Of a stretch of DNA of 64,000 nucleotides, positions 32,863-45,247 are shown piece by piece. Origin of the DNA: Naegleria gruberi (Eukaryota). How positions within the stretch are numbered: position 1 is the stretch's first letter; the number at the start of each line of letters is the position of its first letter. Location: the NCBI GenBank assembly GCA_000004985.1, contig GG738926.1; one strand, written 5' to 3'. Both the position numbers and the translations under genes were made by a program. The notes beneath the pieces were generated by a model. It saw only the letters and a list, made by a program, of their open reading frames with translations. It had not been told where the DNA came from and did not search any database.

Positions 32863-34275
32863 TTAAAATTGGCTTGACTGGAGCAAATTTGTCTTACATC
32901 GACTTGATATTTCAGAATACATTTCAGAATACCAACTTTCTGGCAGGGCACCTTGGAGAGCCATTTTGTTCATCAGTTCGGTATCATCCAAATATTTCAA
33001 ATTTCCCAATCCAAATAATTGTTCTTTTCGTTGATTGAATTCTTGTTGTGAGAAACGCCACATGAAACCCTTCTCCCTGGCCAAGTTTACAAAGAAATAA
33101 TCGTCAATGAGTGAGGGATGGACATATCTCAGAACTGCAATGTTTTCCTGAACTAATTCTTTGACTAGCTCTAGATTAGTTTGAAGCTCTTCGGAGGCGT
33201 ATTCAATTGAGCGAGGTTGATTTTTGACAGCCTCTGTGAGGATTTCAAAGTTATTGATAATTTTTGGATAGGATTTTAGATATTTCAAAATCAAGCCATT
33301 AATGGAGGCAAATCTTAATATGAGATCAGGAGATCTCTTAACTTTTCTATGAACAAATTCGAATAATCTGATATCCTTTCGAATAACATATTCTATAATA
33401 TCCAAATCCCTTTTAATGAATCCAGGAGCAACTCTGAAAGCTTGAGGATTGACCATTATCAACCTACGCATAAATCTTCCACTATTTCTGAGTTTCTTTG
33501 AAATACTTGGCACTAAACCAGGAGACAACACACAAGCCATGTGTATAATTTCTCTATCTTCTGAAAATTCAGATAAAATAATTTCCAAAAATGTTTTACA
33601 CGACCCAATCAATTGTGTGTAATTTTCCATGATTTTCAGAATGAGATCTCTATTATCCTCAATGAAAAATTCAACAGGTATATATGAAATAGCCTTTGGA
33701 TATTGTCTCAATAGTTCCATTACAATATCTGGATCGAAGGAGAAAGGTTTCGGCAGTGAGAAATAATTAATGGCATCATGGCAGACCAATTGTAAAGCAT
33801 CCAATCTCTTAATGGACTTGTTTTTGAGAGGTTTCACTGTAATGGGACGATCCATAAATATCTTTTCAAGGTTAATTTCATCAGTGATAATTTGAAATTG
33901 TTGAATGGCAGGTGAATTTCTAAACAATTTACTGACAGCTCGCTGGATTTCAGGACTGAGTGCATAATTATATGTAAAATAGTCATGAGTAGTGAAAAAC
34001 TTGGCCAGGAATGTAAAACTCTTCGAATACTCAATTGGAATGTAATCATAATCTCTCGACATGTCCTTCCAAAATTTTCTGGGAAGAGAAAACTTCTCTC
34101 GGAGCCAACTAAATTGTTCCGAATACTTTTCCTGACAAAAATCTATAAGTATAACAACTGTAGAATAATCAGTGTTATTCCCAACCGATGCCGATGAAGA
34201 ATATTTGGTAAATTTGGTCGACGGTTGGAATTCGTTTTTTTCGAGTTGATTTTCTGCTGTTCGCTTTTTGTGCAT
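32863..34275 (-). CDS. Repeat protein with DUF4116-like repeats (about 470 aa)
   Basis: The real ATG is at 34273-34275 (the track ORF starts at an upstream TTG). The recurrent motif ..A(V/I)(K/S)..P..I.Y(A/I)S.EL(Q/R)..(L/R)E(L/I)V..(L/A)V.. (e.g. AVKNQPRSIEYASEELQTNLELVKELVQENIAVLRYVHPSL) resembles DUF4116 repeats. This assignment is from memory of that family. Confidence 0.55.
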   Translation of the reverse strand: MHKKRTAENQLEKNEFQPSTKFTKYSSSASVGNNTDYSTVVILIDFCQEKYSEQFSWLREKFSLPRKFWKDMSRDYDYIPIEYSKSFTFLAKFFTTHDYFTYNYALSPEIQRAVSKLFRNSPAIQQFQIITDEINLEKIFMDRPITVKPLKNKSIKRLDALQLVCHDAINYFSLPKPFSFDPDIVMELLRQYPKAISYIPVEFFIEDNRDLILKIMENYTQLIGSCKTFLEIILSEFSEDREIIHMACVLSPGLVPSISKKLRNSGRFMRRLIMVNPQAFRVAPGFIKRDLDIIEYVIRKDIRLFEFVHRKVKRSPDLILRFASINGLILKYLKSYPKIINNFEILTEAVKNQPRSIEYASEELQTNLELVKELVQENIAVLRYVHPSLIDDYFFVNLAREKGFMWRFSQQEFNQRKEQLFGLGNLKYLDDTELMNKMALQGALPESWYSEMYSEISSRCKTNLLQSSQF

Positions 34276-34444
34276 TTTTTTGGTTTTTTTTGGAATTTTG
34301 TTTTGTTTGAAGGTTTGCAGAAAATTTTGCAAAACTCAAATTGTCAATAATCAAATGAATTAATGAAGAAATAATTGATTTTAAAATCATGGAGTTGTAG
34401 ATATTTGTGTAACTTAAAGATTGAATGCAAAAAATCTTGGTGGT

Positions 34445-34897
34445 TTATTGCTTGGTATTGAGTAATGCAACCATGAATGTCCAAGCAACTTTTGTGGCCA
34501 CAGTCAACCCATTAGTGCCAAAGAAATACCACAAAATCAGCCCAAGAATTGAACAATAGAGAATAATTCTCCAAACAACAAATCCAACCATTTTAAAAAA
34601 CAATCTTCTCATCAAACTAACTATTGGCTCAATAACAATTTTGGCAGATCTCAAAAACTTGAATGTCAACCTAGTGTTGATGTTTTCCATTGCATTCTTT
34701 GCATTTTCTTTTTGAGCTGGTTCTGAGAATCGACGTAAGCTAGAGGAAAATTGATAGTGTTGAGGCAATGAACTGAATTTTGTAAAGGAAATCAACTTTT
34801 TGGATGAAATCAAACCAATCAAAGATGATTTTTGATTGTGGGAAGCAAATCTTGACCGTGTGAATAAAGAACGACTTGGTTTAAAGTGTGAAAGCAT
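34445..34897 (-). CDS. Small protein with a mitochondrial-type presequence and a C-terminal double-TM hairpin (about 150 aa); paralog of 35103..35588
   Basis: The real ATG is at 34895-34897 (MLSHFKPSRSLFTRSRFAS..). The C-terminus reads ..FFKMVGFVVWRIILYCSILGLILWYFFGTNGLTVATKVAWTFMVALL. Confidence 0.5.
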   Translation of the reverse strand: MLSHFKPSRSLFTRSRFASHNQKSSLIGLISSKKLISFTKFSSLPQHYQFSSSLRRFSEPAQKENAKNAMENINTRLTFKFLRSAKIVIEPIVSLMRRLFFKMVGFVVWRIILYCSILGLILWYFFGTNGLTVATKVAWTFMVALLNTKQ

Positions 34898-35102
34898 TTT
34901 TTTGATTCTTGTTTTTCTGGATCTTTTAAATACAGAGCTCAATCAAATAGAAGCAAATTGATTGAATTTTACAAAAAACTTGCTTTCCAGGAGTTTTTAA
35001 AGGAATAGAAATTTATCTTTACAGGAATGATCACAGCTCTCAACATTTTGTCCACATAAGCTGATGAAAGAAGGAAACAACCACAAAAATTGATTGGAAA
35101 CT

Positions 35103-35588
35103 TTATTTACTTTCCTTTTCATTCTTGGCATCACCAGATGCAGTGAAAATGGCCACAATAAACACCCATGCCAATGTCAATGCCGTCGTCACACCAGAAC
35201 TTCCAAAATAAAACCAAACAATGCAAAGAATTGGCACCACAAATATCAACAATCTCCACAATATCATTGAGGCCATTTCCTCCAAGAATTCTCCAATAAA
35301 TTCCATAACATTTCTAATGAATGATTTCTTTTCCTCTCGAGGCACAGCAGCATCCTTATTTTCATCAACATTGGTTGGTTTTTCAGCTGCCTGATTTCTC
35401 CTTATAATTGATGAAGAAAATTGACGATTCGGATTGATTAATGATTGAATATTTGCCAATCTTTTAAAAATTGATTTAAATTGCTGCTGATGATGATTAT
35501 AATGACATAATCTCATGGAAGCCGAAGCAGTAACAGAGGATGAAGATAACAATGATGATGGAAATTTAGTGGTGAGCTTTCGCAACAT
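35103..35588 (-). CDS. Small protein with a mitochondrial-type presequence and a C-terminal double-TM hairpin (161 aa); paralog of 34445..34897
   Basis: Real ATG at 35586-35588 (MLRKLTTKFPSSLLSSSS..). The C-terminus ..EFIGEFLEEMASMILWRLLIFVVPILCIVWFYFGSSGVTTALTLAWVFIVAIF is clearly homologous to the neighbouring gene. Confidence 0.55.
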   Translation of the reverse strand: MLRKLTTKFPSSLLSSSSVTASASMRLCHYNHHQQQFKSIFKRLANIQSLINPNRQFSSSIIRRNQAAEKPTNVDENKDAAVPREEKKSFIRNVMEFIGEFLEEMASMILWRLLIFVVPILCIVWFYFGSSGVTTALTLAWVFIVAIFTASGDAKNEKESK

Positions 35589-36002
35589 TTTTTTTTATTA
35601 ATAATTTTCTCTGATTTTTGATATTTCCAATTGAAATCAAATAAAAGCGAGCTTTGTTATTGGAACTTGTTTTAACGAAGCAATTCAATCAATAAAGTTG
35701 GGAATTGCAAAGTTAAAATGTAACCAATCAATTTCCTTTGAAAAATTGCTCCACTTTTTACTGGAATTGTAGTTCACATTTCACAATGATATGAATATTT
35801 TACAATAAGAGTTACCAGTATGCTGCAGAGAACACAATATTAATTATTGCTACATTTACAATTTTAAATGGTGGGTAAAAGGAAATTTGTTTCGCTGTTT
35901 CATCATTCAATTGTCAAGGAAATATCATTTGTTGTGTAACAATCTCATAATAATATTGCCAATATGACCACAGCCAACAAATAGCATTTCCAATAACAAA
36001 AA

Positions 36003-36569
36003 ATGTCCAAAGTTGCTTTTACCATTGTCCTTGCCGATCAAAAAGCTGGCTACGCCAATGAAAACGTTGCTGGTAACTTGTTCAGTGAGCATGGCTTTAC
36101 CAGTGCAGGCTATTACGACACTTTGCTAATTTCACAAAATAACATTCAACAATTAATGATGAATGCCATTACAAGAAAGATGGAGCAAGTATTCATCTAT
36201 TTTTATGGACCATCCAATGGATTAACCTTGCCATTACTCAATAATCCACCTCTGGATGTTCAATTCTTTGAACAATTATTTACTCAATTCCCAAAAATCA
36301 AATTTACCATCATTTTGGACACTCATGATGGTTCAAAGGAAATTTTAGAGTATTTCACACAAAATAAGGCCAATATTCCAGCTTTATTTACCATTTTGGG
36401 AACCAATACACATGTTAAAAAACCAGGTTTTCTTCAAACATTTGCTGAAGAATTGAACAAACTCAAAACTCCACACGAAAAGAGAAAGGAAGCATTCAAT
36501 ATTTTCAGGCAAGTGACAAAAGGAGAGGTTGTTTCCAATCATGATGGACATTTCCTTGCAGACAAATAA
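36003..36569 (+). CDS. Hypothetical protein, 188 aa
   Basis: A clean ORF with a real ATG. I recognise no domain. Confidence 0.45.
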   Translation: MSKVAFTIVLADQKAGYANENVAGNLFSEHGFTSAGYYDTLLISQNNIQQLMMNAITRKMEQVFIYFYGPSNGLTLPLLNNPPLDVQFFEQLFTQFPKIKFTIILDTHDGSKEILEYFTQNKANIPALFTILGTNTHVKKPGFLQTFAEELNKLKTPHEKRKEAFNIFRQVTKGEVVSNHDGHFLADK

Positions 36570-36631
36570 ACAAGTGAATTTTCTTGTGCAAAACTCTGGT
36601 AATAAAATCTTTGGATGGCTCGCCACGTTTA

Positions 36632-36702
36632 CCGTCTCGGGAGGAATCGAACCTCCGTCAATGGATTCAAAGTCCACTATGCTACCATTACACCACGAGA
36701 CG
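36632..36702 (-). tRNA. tRNA-Gln (anticodon TTG)
   Basis: The reverse complement is CGTCTCG-TG-GTGTAATGGTAGCAT-AGTGGA-CT-TTG-AA-TCCAT-TGAC-GGAGGTTCGATTCCTCC-CGAGACG-G. The 7-bp acceptor stem pairs perfectly, the T-arm GGTTCGATTCC is canonical, and the sequence is close to metazoan tRNA-Gln-TTG. It sits about 60 bp downstream of the preceding gene. Confidence 0.85.
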
Positions 36703-37403
36703 AGCACATTAATTTGAGAACCTTAATGGATATTGAGGAATCAAAACAAAGTTTTCGTTGAATTCAACAACACACACATTGATGAGGGATTGACAGCTTT
36801 ATCGGATATGATGTGGATGGAATGTTGGTTGTACTTTTCCGGTAGAAGGAATTAATTATTCTTGAAGGATATTGTTAATACGGTGGTTGTCGCTTCTTGT
36901 TGAACGTAACTGGAGTGTTTAAATAATGTTGTTTTTCAAAAGATGAATCACACTCATCCACTAATTATTGTTTTGTTACCATCATCATTAAAATTCATCT
37001 CGATGCATTAACGATATTTTTTAAAATATTAAAAAAATCTTCACAATACGTCCACATATTTATTATTAATATCATCTTTGTTGTATCATCATGTAACAGA
37101 TCTACAGAAAAATTAAGGAAGAGGGATTAGAATTTTGAGAGATTCGCTATGGGTCAATCATCATGAACAGAATCTTTTGGCTCATTCGGATTTCCAACAT
37201 CAAGCATCATAGCTTTGCCTCAATAACAATGAAGAAAAGAGAGTACAAAAAAAGAAGTTTAAAGGTCCTTATGCCGCCTAATACCTCCGACTAACTAGGA
37301 AAATTAGAAAATACTAGATTAACTCTTCAAGCAACCTGGAACAATCAATCAAACAACCTAACAAAAAAAAAGATAATCACAGTTGACCTGCTCATCATCT
37401 AGA

Positions 37404-40400
37404 ATGCGAACAATTTTTGTGATATGCATTGCTGTTGTGGCATGGTTTATTCTTCTCTTTCTAACAAGTGAAATCCACTGTCAAACTGTCAAGTATTCAT
37501 TCACTGTTTATCAGAAGGATTTGTCAGGGCCATATTGTGCAGCAAAATCTCCAAATAGTGATGCTGTATACATGTCTGAATATAGTGGACATCGTGTGAA
37601 GAAGAAATCCTATCTAGGTCTTGTTGTTATTGCAGGAACAGGATATGAGGGTTTTAATGGTGACATTTTGGCCAAACAGGCCAAACTGGATAATCCTGGA
37701 GGTGTTCTAGAATATAACAATGAGCTGTATATTATGGACTATGGAAATAATAGAGTGAGAAAGATTAACAGTGAAGGTGTTCTGGTAACAATTGCTGGAA
37801 CTGGTACACGATCTTCAGCAGGTGACAGTAAGTTTTATTTCACACAATTGAATAGACATTCTTTCTTCTTGGCATCATAATCTCACACATTAAAGATGGT
37901 GCAGCTACTTCAGCATCTCTCAATGGACCTTGGGGTATTCATATACCAAGCAATGGAGATATATACATTACAGAATATGTCGGAAATAAGATAAGAAAGA
38001 TTAGTGCATCTGATAATAAGATTTACCTGGGTAAGTGTTTTCAAAGATTATTGTTTATTCATTCCGAAATAATTAGTGGCTGGAACAGGATCATATGATT
38101 TTTCTGGAGATGGTGGCAATGCTGTTAGTGCAAAATTGAAGAGCCCTTGGAGTGTCTTTGTAAATGCAATTGGTGAAATATTTATTGCTGATACGGATAA
38201 TGACAGAATTAGAAAAATTGCAACAAATGGAATTATAACAACTATTGCTGGCTCTGGATCGAGTACTAGTGATGGAGTTCTAGCAACTACAGCTTCTTTG
38301 AAAAAACCAACCTCTGTCTTTATTTCACCAGCAAATGAACTATTCATTGCAGGTATGTGTTTTCACAATTTCATTAATGAATTTTAACATGTCTATTAGA
38401 GGCTGATGGTGGTAGAATCAGAAAGGTCGATCTGTCAACAATGAAAATTTACACAGTTACTAGTTCACTGAATTATCCAACATTTGCATTTGTTGCTGAA
38501 AATAGTGATCTATATATTACAGAGAAAAACAACAACCAAATCAGACTTGGAACAGCTTATTGTGATAGTGGTTATCAAATTAATTCGAATGGAACTATTT
38601 GTAATCCAGTGTGTAATTCACAAATTGGAAGAGCTGGATGCAGTAATCATGGATCATGTACTAGTCCTAATACTTGTACATGTGATACTGGTTATACATT
38701 ATCTGACTGTTCTCAACCTATTTGTTATGGAAAATATGGAAGTACTGCTTGTAGTGGAGCAAATCAAGGAACTTGCTCTGCTCCAGATACTTGTCAATGT
38801 AAGAATGGATTTTCTGGAAGTGATTGTAGTGTTTATTATTGTGGAGGGGTTGTTGCAAGCTCAGCAGGTGTCTGTTCAGGTAAAGGAACATGCTCTGCTC
38901 CAGAAACTTGTTCTTGCCAAACAGATTACGTTGGATCAGTATGTCAATATCCTGTGTGTAACAGCATTCCTTCAAATAACCCAAATGTTTGCAGTGGTGG
39001 TGGTACATGTACTTCTCCAAATTCATGCCAATGCTTTACAAACTATTCAGGAACTCAATGTCAGTACACTACTTGTTCTGGAATAGATAGTACCAATTCG
39101 AATGTGTGCTCTGGTAGAGGAAGTTGTGCAAAATATAATAATTGCACATGCACAGCCAACTTCTTTGGCTCAAATTGTGAGCTCACTCAATGTTATGGAA
39201 TTATTTCAAATTCAGCTTCCACATGCGCTTCACATGGTAGATGTGATGGCTACAATAAGTGTACATGTGATTCTAATTATTTTGGATTGGACTGTAGTGT
39301 AACAAGTTGTTATGGAGTGTGGAGTAATACTTCTAGTGTTTGTACTGCACCAAACAGAGGTACTTGCAATTCCTACAATAATTGTACCTGTACAAACTCG
39401 TATTATGGAACTCAATGTCAAGATTATGATTGCTTTGGAATTAACAAATCTAATAGCTCAGTATGTTCTGGTAAAGGAGCATGTTCTGCACCAAATACTT
39501 GTTTGTGCTCTGATTCTAATTACTCTGGTTCTAATTGTGATGCAGCTGTGTGTTATGGAATTTCAGCAAATGACTCTAGAGTTTGTTCTGGATCAAGAGG
39601 TGCCTGTAACTCTCCAAACACTTGCTCATGTTTTTCAAATTATTTTGGACCTCAATGTCAATATACACAATGTTATGGTATTGACAGTTCCAACACAACT
39701 CATGTTTGTTCTGGTAGAGGTACTTGTTCTGATTTCAATAAGTGTGTTTGTAAAGATGGATACTATGGATCCAATTGTCAACTCAGCAAGTGTTTTGGAG
39801 TTTTATCAAATAGCTCAAATGTTTGCTCAGGTCACGGAACTTGTTCGGATACAGATACTTGTAATTGTGATTCTAATTATTCAGGTAAAAATTGTGATAT
39901 TACATCATGTTATGGAACCTCAAGTACAAATCCACTGGCATGTTCATCTCATGGCTTTTGCTCGTCCTATAATAATTGCACCTGTTCATCAAACTATTAC
40001 AGCCAACAATGTCAAGAGTTCAATTGTTTTGGTGTGAATAAGGCATCTACAAGTGTATGTTCTGGTCATGGTACTTGTTCAGATATTGATACATGCTCCT
40101 GTACAGGAAACTGGATTGGAGGAAATTGTAATCTCACAACCTGTAATGGTGTTTGGAATTATAATTCATCTGTTTGTTCTGGAAACGGTGTTTGCTCATC
40201 TCTGAATAATTGTACATGTAATGTAGGATATTATGGTGCTAATTGTGATTCCTTTGATTGTTTTGGATCTGTATTTACAAACGAAGGTATTTGTGCAAAC
40301 AATGGTTCTTGTACAGGTCCTGGTGTTTGTTCCTGTATTGATGGATATTCTGGATCTCGCTGCCAATATCCTATTTGTTATGGCATTAGTGGTGGTAGCT

Positions 40401-43400
40401 CAAGTGTCTGTTCTGGAAATGGACAATGTATTGATAGGAATATATGTTCGTGCAGTGCTGGATGGACTGAAAACACTTGTAATGTGACAACATGTTCTGG
40501 TAAAAGAAGTGATAATTCATTAGTTTGCAGCTCTCAAGGTTCATGTGTGGGACCAGATAATTGTTATTGTAACAAAGGTTACACTGGACCTAATTGTGAA
40601 TTTAATGTCTGTTATGGAAAGAGTCAGAATGATTCTTCAGTTTGTTTAGGCAGAGGTAAATGTTTGAAACCAGGCGAATGTACTTGTAATACTGGATTTA
40701 GAGGTACAGAATGTCAATATTATCAAATTGATTTTGATGAGAAATTGGCCACTCTCAAGCCAACCCTAACTTCAGTTCTACAATATTCATACCTTTTCAA
40801 TGGAACATGTGAAACCTTATTCGAAAGTAGTGATTTACCAATAATTGGTGAATCTCCAATATGTTTATGGGATAGTAGCAAGATGATTATTTATTTAGGT
40901 TTTGGAACTCATCTTCAAACTGGCAATTTACTAAGAGTGAAGAATAGCAACTTAGCATTCTTTGTTGATACAAGCAACTCTCTTTCCTATACTGGATCTG
41001 GTATTACGCTCAAGAAATTGATGACAAATGTTCCAACAAGTAATCCTTTACCTCTTAGACCTATTGTTGATAGCAATTTCCAATCCTACACCAATTTCTC
41101 AAGTTTAGTTTGGTCATGTATTAGTTGTTCTACAAGTTTGAATGATTACTTGAAATCTCAACAACGTGAATATCTCTACATTCCTCCATCCTACTTGAAA
41201 TCTCTATCAGCATTATATCTGCAATTAGCAGTCTCAAATTTTGCTTCTAATTCCAAAGTTGCAAGTCTTTCATTTACGTTTTCTCAATCAGCTGCTCCTA
41301 ATCTTGATTTAATTACTGACCTGAATAGTGATTCACAAATTTCTTGCACAGGATATGACTGTATTATAGAAACAGAACCAATTGGTTATGGAAACAATGC
41401 AGGATTATTCTTAGGTTCATACCCATCAATCAAATACAATGTCTACCTGTCCAGATTTTTCTACACAGACAGCAGTGGCATTTTGGGAAGTGGATCTACT
41501 ACTGGAAGTGTCTTGCTATTGGCCAAACATACACAATCCACAACTTCAAAAGATTTCTTCATTCAATATTCATTCAATGCCTATGAAAATAAGCTTCCTG
41601 TTGTTATTTCAGCAACAAATCCTGTCTTTTCTCCTTCATCTTTCATTAGATTTAAGGCAACAATCTTCAATCCAATGGTATTCGTGAAAACCGTTCAAGA
41701 TACATATTATCTTTGGAAACTCTTCAAATTTGACGAAACAGGAAAAGCTAAACAAATGAGCACTGAAATTTACATTGATCTGAATTATGATGAAGTAGTT
41801 GTACAGAGAGAATTGGAGGCAGGTACATATTTAGTGAGTCTTAATGCAGTAGCTGCTTATGGATCTACTCTCATGAATACTACCTTTACTGTATTGAACA
41901 CAACAGATAGATTGGCTTCCATCAGTTTTTCTCCTGTGCCAACAATAGTTTCAATTTCAGAAGATTTGACAATTACTGCAACAATTAATGGAACCATAAC
42001 ATCATTTGAATGGATTCAAATTTCTGGAAGGATAAAACCATTGTGCTCTTTGCAAAAAGTAACAACACAACCAAGTGAAAATATTACACAAAGCGAATTG
42101 ACTATAACCAGAGATTGTCTTTTTGAAGGTGAAATTTATATATTCAAGGTTGTTGCTAACAATTCAAATGGCATTTCGTCTTCAGCTGAAATTCAAACTC
42201 AAACAGATATCTCACCAAGTATTCATTGTGATTTTTATTCTACATCTGAAGATGGCTCTTTCGTTGCATTGGACAGCACCTTGCTAATGACATGTAGAAA
42301 TGGAGCTAAGGATACTATCAAATCTTACACAGTTGAAATTCATTATAATGGAGAAAGAAAGTTTATTGTTTCCAATACTCAAAAGAGAAACCTCTATTTT
42401 AGAATGCCTTATCTAATTGAAGGAAGCCAATTGGTTGTCAGAGGTCTCAATTTTTATAATACTGAAGTCATTTACAGAAAGAATTTAACATCAACTCTGA
42501 CTTCTACTGACAAGGTTCAACTCTTTATTGATGGTTATAATAGTATTACAACTAGTGAAACAACAAGTTATTTTGGAGCTATTAATTCTTTAAATTCTCT
42601 CTTGACATTATTTGAATACCAACAATTTGATTCGCTTGAAAATAAGAACTCTCTCCAAACTACTTTGAAATCCATGCTCAGCCTAATCTCTAATCTGAGA
42701 GCTACTGGTGTCAATGTTGATGACAAACTCACTGCTCTCTTACTTCCTCCAGTGTATAGAATTCACAAATACTTGGATAGTATTAATGGAACTAGATCAA
42801 GTGATGATTGGAGAGTTGATGATCTCCTTTCTTGGACATCTTACTTTACTGAGTCTATTCTCAACACCCTTCAATACTATTACTCAACTCAATGGAAATT
42901 CCTTATTGATCAAATTCATTTGAATGAATTGGATGAACTTATCGAACTTGGATCGAGTATGAATTCTGAAAAATTTGTTCTCGTTCAAGTTCAATATGAA
43001 TTATTAACAGATAGCTTGAATGGAGTCGCATCTAAGAAATCACAAACACAGCTCTCTAATGGTATCTTGCTAAGAGAAAAATTGGACTCTGTCGATTCAT
43101 TGAGAAGTCACATTATTAACTTGTACTATTCCAACACTAATGTTTCGATTCAATTCCCATCTGATGTTGCTGATACTTTAGCTTTTGGAGATACAACCAC
43201 AGATAATTCACTCAATTCATTTGTTAAAGTTTCCAAGACTACAAACTCAAAGATTATTGGTGTCATGACAAGTGTCAATATTCAAACTCAAAAATTCAAA
43301 GAATTGGAAATCCAAAACCTTACCACCTCCATCAATATTGCATTCACAGGCTCTCAATATCCTTCCTCCAATGTAACTTGCAAATATTACAATTCCTCAT

Positions 43401-44760
43401 CTCAAGAATGGCTCACTAATGGTGTTCAAACTTTGATTTCTTCTTCCAATAATTTGGTTACCATTTCTTGCTTGACAAATCACCTTACAACATTTGCAGT
43501 TTTCAAGAATGATATTATTTACATTCCACCTACAAATTCTACTACTAATGGCGTACAAACTTCTGATCCAGCTCTTGCAATTGCTCTTGGAATTATTCTT
43601 CCACTTTTGGCAATTGCAATAATTATTGTAATAATTATCATTGTTGTGATTCTGGTATTGAGATATAGAAAGAAGAAACTTTCCTCTGAAGTTTCCAATA
43701 CTTCAGCCATTGAACTGAGAAATGAAAATAAGAGAGGATTATTCGATACTGACATTTCAGACTTCCCTTCAGAAGCAAGTGTCTATTTCAAACATTTGAA
43801 TTCTTCCTCAATGGCTTCAACTGTTTCTTCCACATCTTCTTCTAATGATCCATTCTCTCGTTACAAGGACATGGTTAAAATTGGAGAAGGTGCTTTTGGT
43901 TCAGTCTTTAAAGTTATTGACACTAAAAATAACAATAAGGTGAAAGCCATCAAAGTTATTCGATACAAATCAGTGGAAGAATTAAACTCCATGATGAAAG
44001 AAGGAACTCAATTAATGAACATTAGCCATCCAAACATTCTCAAAGTGAATGATTTCTTTGTGGAAAAGGACAATTTACTATGTATTGACATGGATTTCTA
44101 TCCACAAGGTGATTTGAGTACCTTAATCAACCAACAGGAAGATTGTAAAGAAGTACACATCAAGCAAATTATTTATCAAATGTGTCATGCTTTGCATTTC
44201 ATTCACAATGATTTGAAATTAATTCACAGGTAAGTTTTTTAAGTTTTTTTATGGAATTTCAACAACAAATTCAATTCACAGAGATGTCAAACCTTCAAAT
44301 ATTTTCATCAAGGTATTAAACGGAAATGTCATCCATACAGTATTGGCAGACTTTGGTTTAGCAAAGGATAATAAGAATTCAGCAAGTATGAGCTTTGCTG
44401 GTACTCCACTCTGTAAGTATTTTCATAACTGTCAAAATTCATAAACATCAAATAGACATGAGCCCAGAATTGGCATTAGGAGGTAAATATTATGCCAACA
44501 CAGATGAATACTCTCTCGGAGTGACTGTCTATCAATTAATTACCAAAGACACCATGACTGCCATCAGTCACTTGTACATGTCAAAAGACGCAAAAGAAGT
44601 ACAAACTCTTACACGAAAACGTTTGAAGGAGAGTGGTGATTATTCTGATAGATTAATCGATATCTGTCTACAAATGTTGGAAAAGGATAACTGTGCACGT
44701 CCATACGCTCAAGATATTTTGGAAAATTCATACTTTAATGATATTAGAAAGATTAGATAA
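37404..44760 (+). CDS. Receptor Ser/Thr protein kinase with an NHL-repeat + about 18 tenascin-type EGF-repeat ectodomain (paralog of 2951..9125), 6 exons
   Basis: Exons are 37404..37827, 37896..38030, 38077..38352, 38400..44229, 44282..44412 and 44456..44760. The introns start GTAAGT, GTAAGT, GTATGT, GTAAGT, GTAAGT. It has a signal peptide (MRTIFVICIAVVAWFILLFLTSEIHC) and NHL repeats (YIMDYGNNRVRKINSEGV, YITEYVGNKIRKISAS, FIADTDNDRIRKIATNG). About 18 EGF repeats, a long S/T-rich ectodomain, a TM helix (LAIALGIILPLLAIAIIIVIIIIVVILVL) and a kinase domain (IGEGAFGSV, AIKVI, IHR|DVKPSN, DFGLAK, GTPL-Y-MSPE) follow. Confidence 0.8.
38600..40715. repeat. Tandem array of about 18 tenascin-type EGF repeat units (period about 93-105 nt) within the second receptor kinase
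   Basis: The reiterated motif is C(Y/F)G..S.N.S.VCSG.G.C.....C.C...Y.G..C. The spurious His/Val/Leu-rich ORFs in the track (38484..39086, 39312..40037 and others) are alternate-frame products of this repeat. Confidence 0.75.
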
Positions 44761-45007
44761 CATGTTATTGAATAAACCAACACAATATTAGTAATATTTG
44801 TCATGATATCAAAATTTGCCAGGCTGTGTTGTGTTAAAACATCAACAATATTGTTGATGACATTTTGACGGTTGAAAGATATCATCTCACACACAAAACA
44901 TATCATCACGAAATACAACAATTATCATCATCACAATACAACAACAATCAACAACTAAATTATATTTAAAAAGCTATTTTATTCTTCTGCACAAGTTTGC
45001 ATCAAAA

Positions 45008-45247
45008 TTATTGAGAAGCTTGATAAATCTTGAAACCCCACCAGATGGACCAGAACCAACCGATCAAGAAATAGGCCAAGATGAATTGGAGAATACCAAC
45101 AATAATAGCTGGTGACTTCTTTTCAGCTTCTTGAGTCAAAACACCGGCAATGACGGTACCCCAACCTGGGAAGAAGATGTTCAAGATCAAGACGATCAAA
45201 CCCATGGAGGATTCGACCTTTGGAGTGGAGTTGTTAATCATGTCCAT
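45008..45247 (-). CDS. Small two-TM membrane proteolipid-like protein (79 aa)
   Basis: Real ATG at 45245-45247. Two hydrophobic helices are predicted (LIVLILNIFFPGWGTVIAGVL; AIIVGILQFILAYFLIGWFWSIWWGF). Any resemblance to the Pmp3/UPF0057 family is only tentative. Confidence 0.45.
   Translation of the reverse strand: MDMINNSTPKVESSMGLIVLILNIFFPGWGTVIAGVLTQEAEKKSPAIIVGILQFILAYFLIGWFWSIWWGFKIYQASQ

Noticed and set aside
38484-40487. Long His/Val/Leu/Ile-rich ORFs in the track (38484..39086, 38718..39026 -, 39102..39302, 39312..40037, 40233..40487), plus 4195..4419 and 4752..5070 in the first kinase
   Set aside because: They are alternate-frame or antisense readings of the Cys-codon-rich (TGT/TGC...) EGF repeat array. 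They are low-complexity and have no start context. The EGF frame is the one continuous with the NHL and kinase exons.
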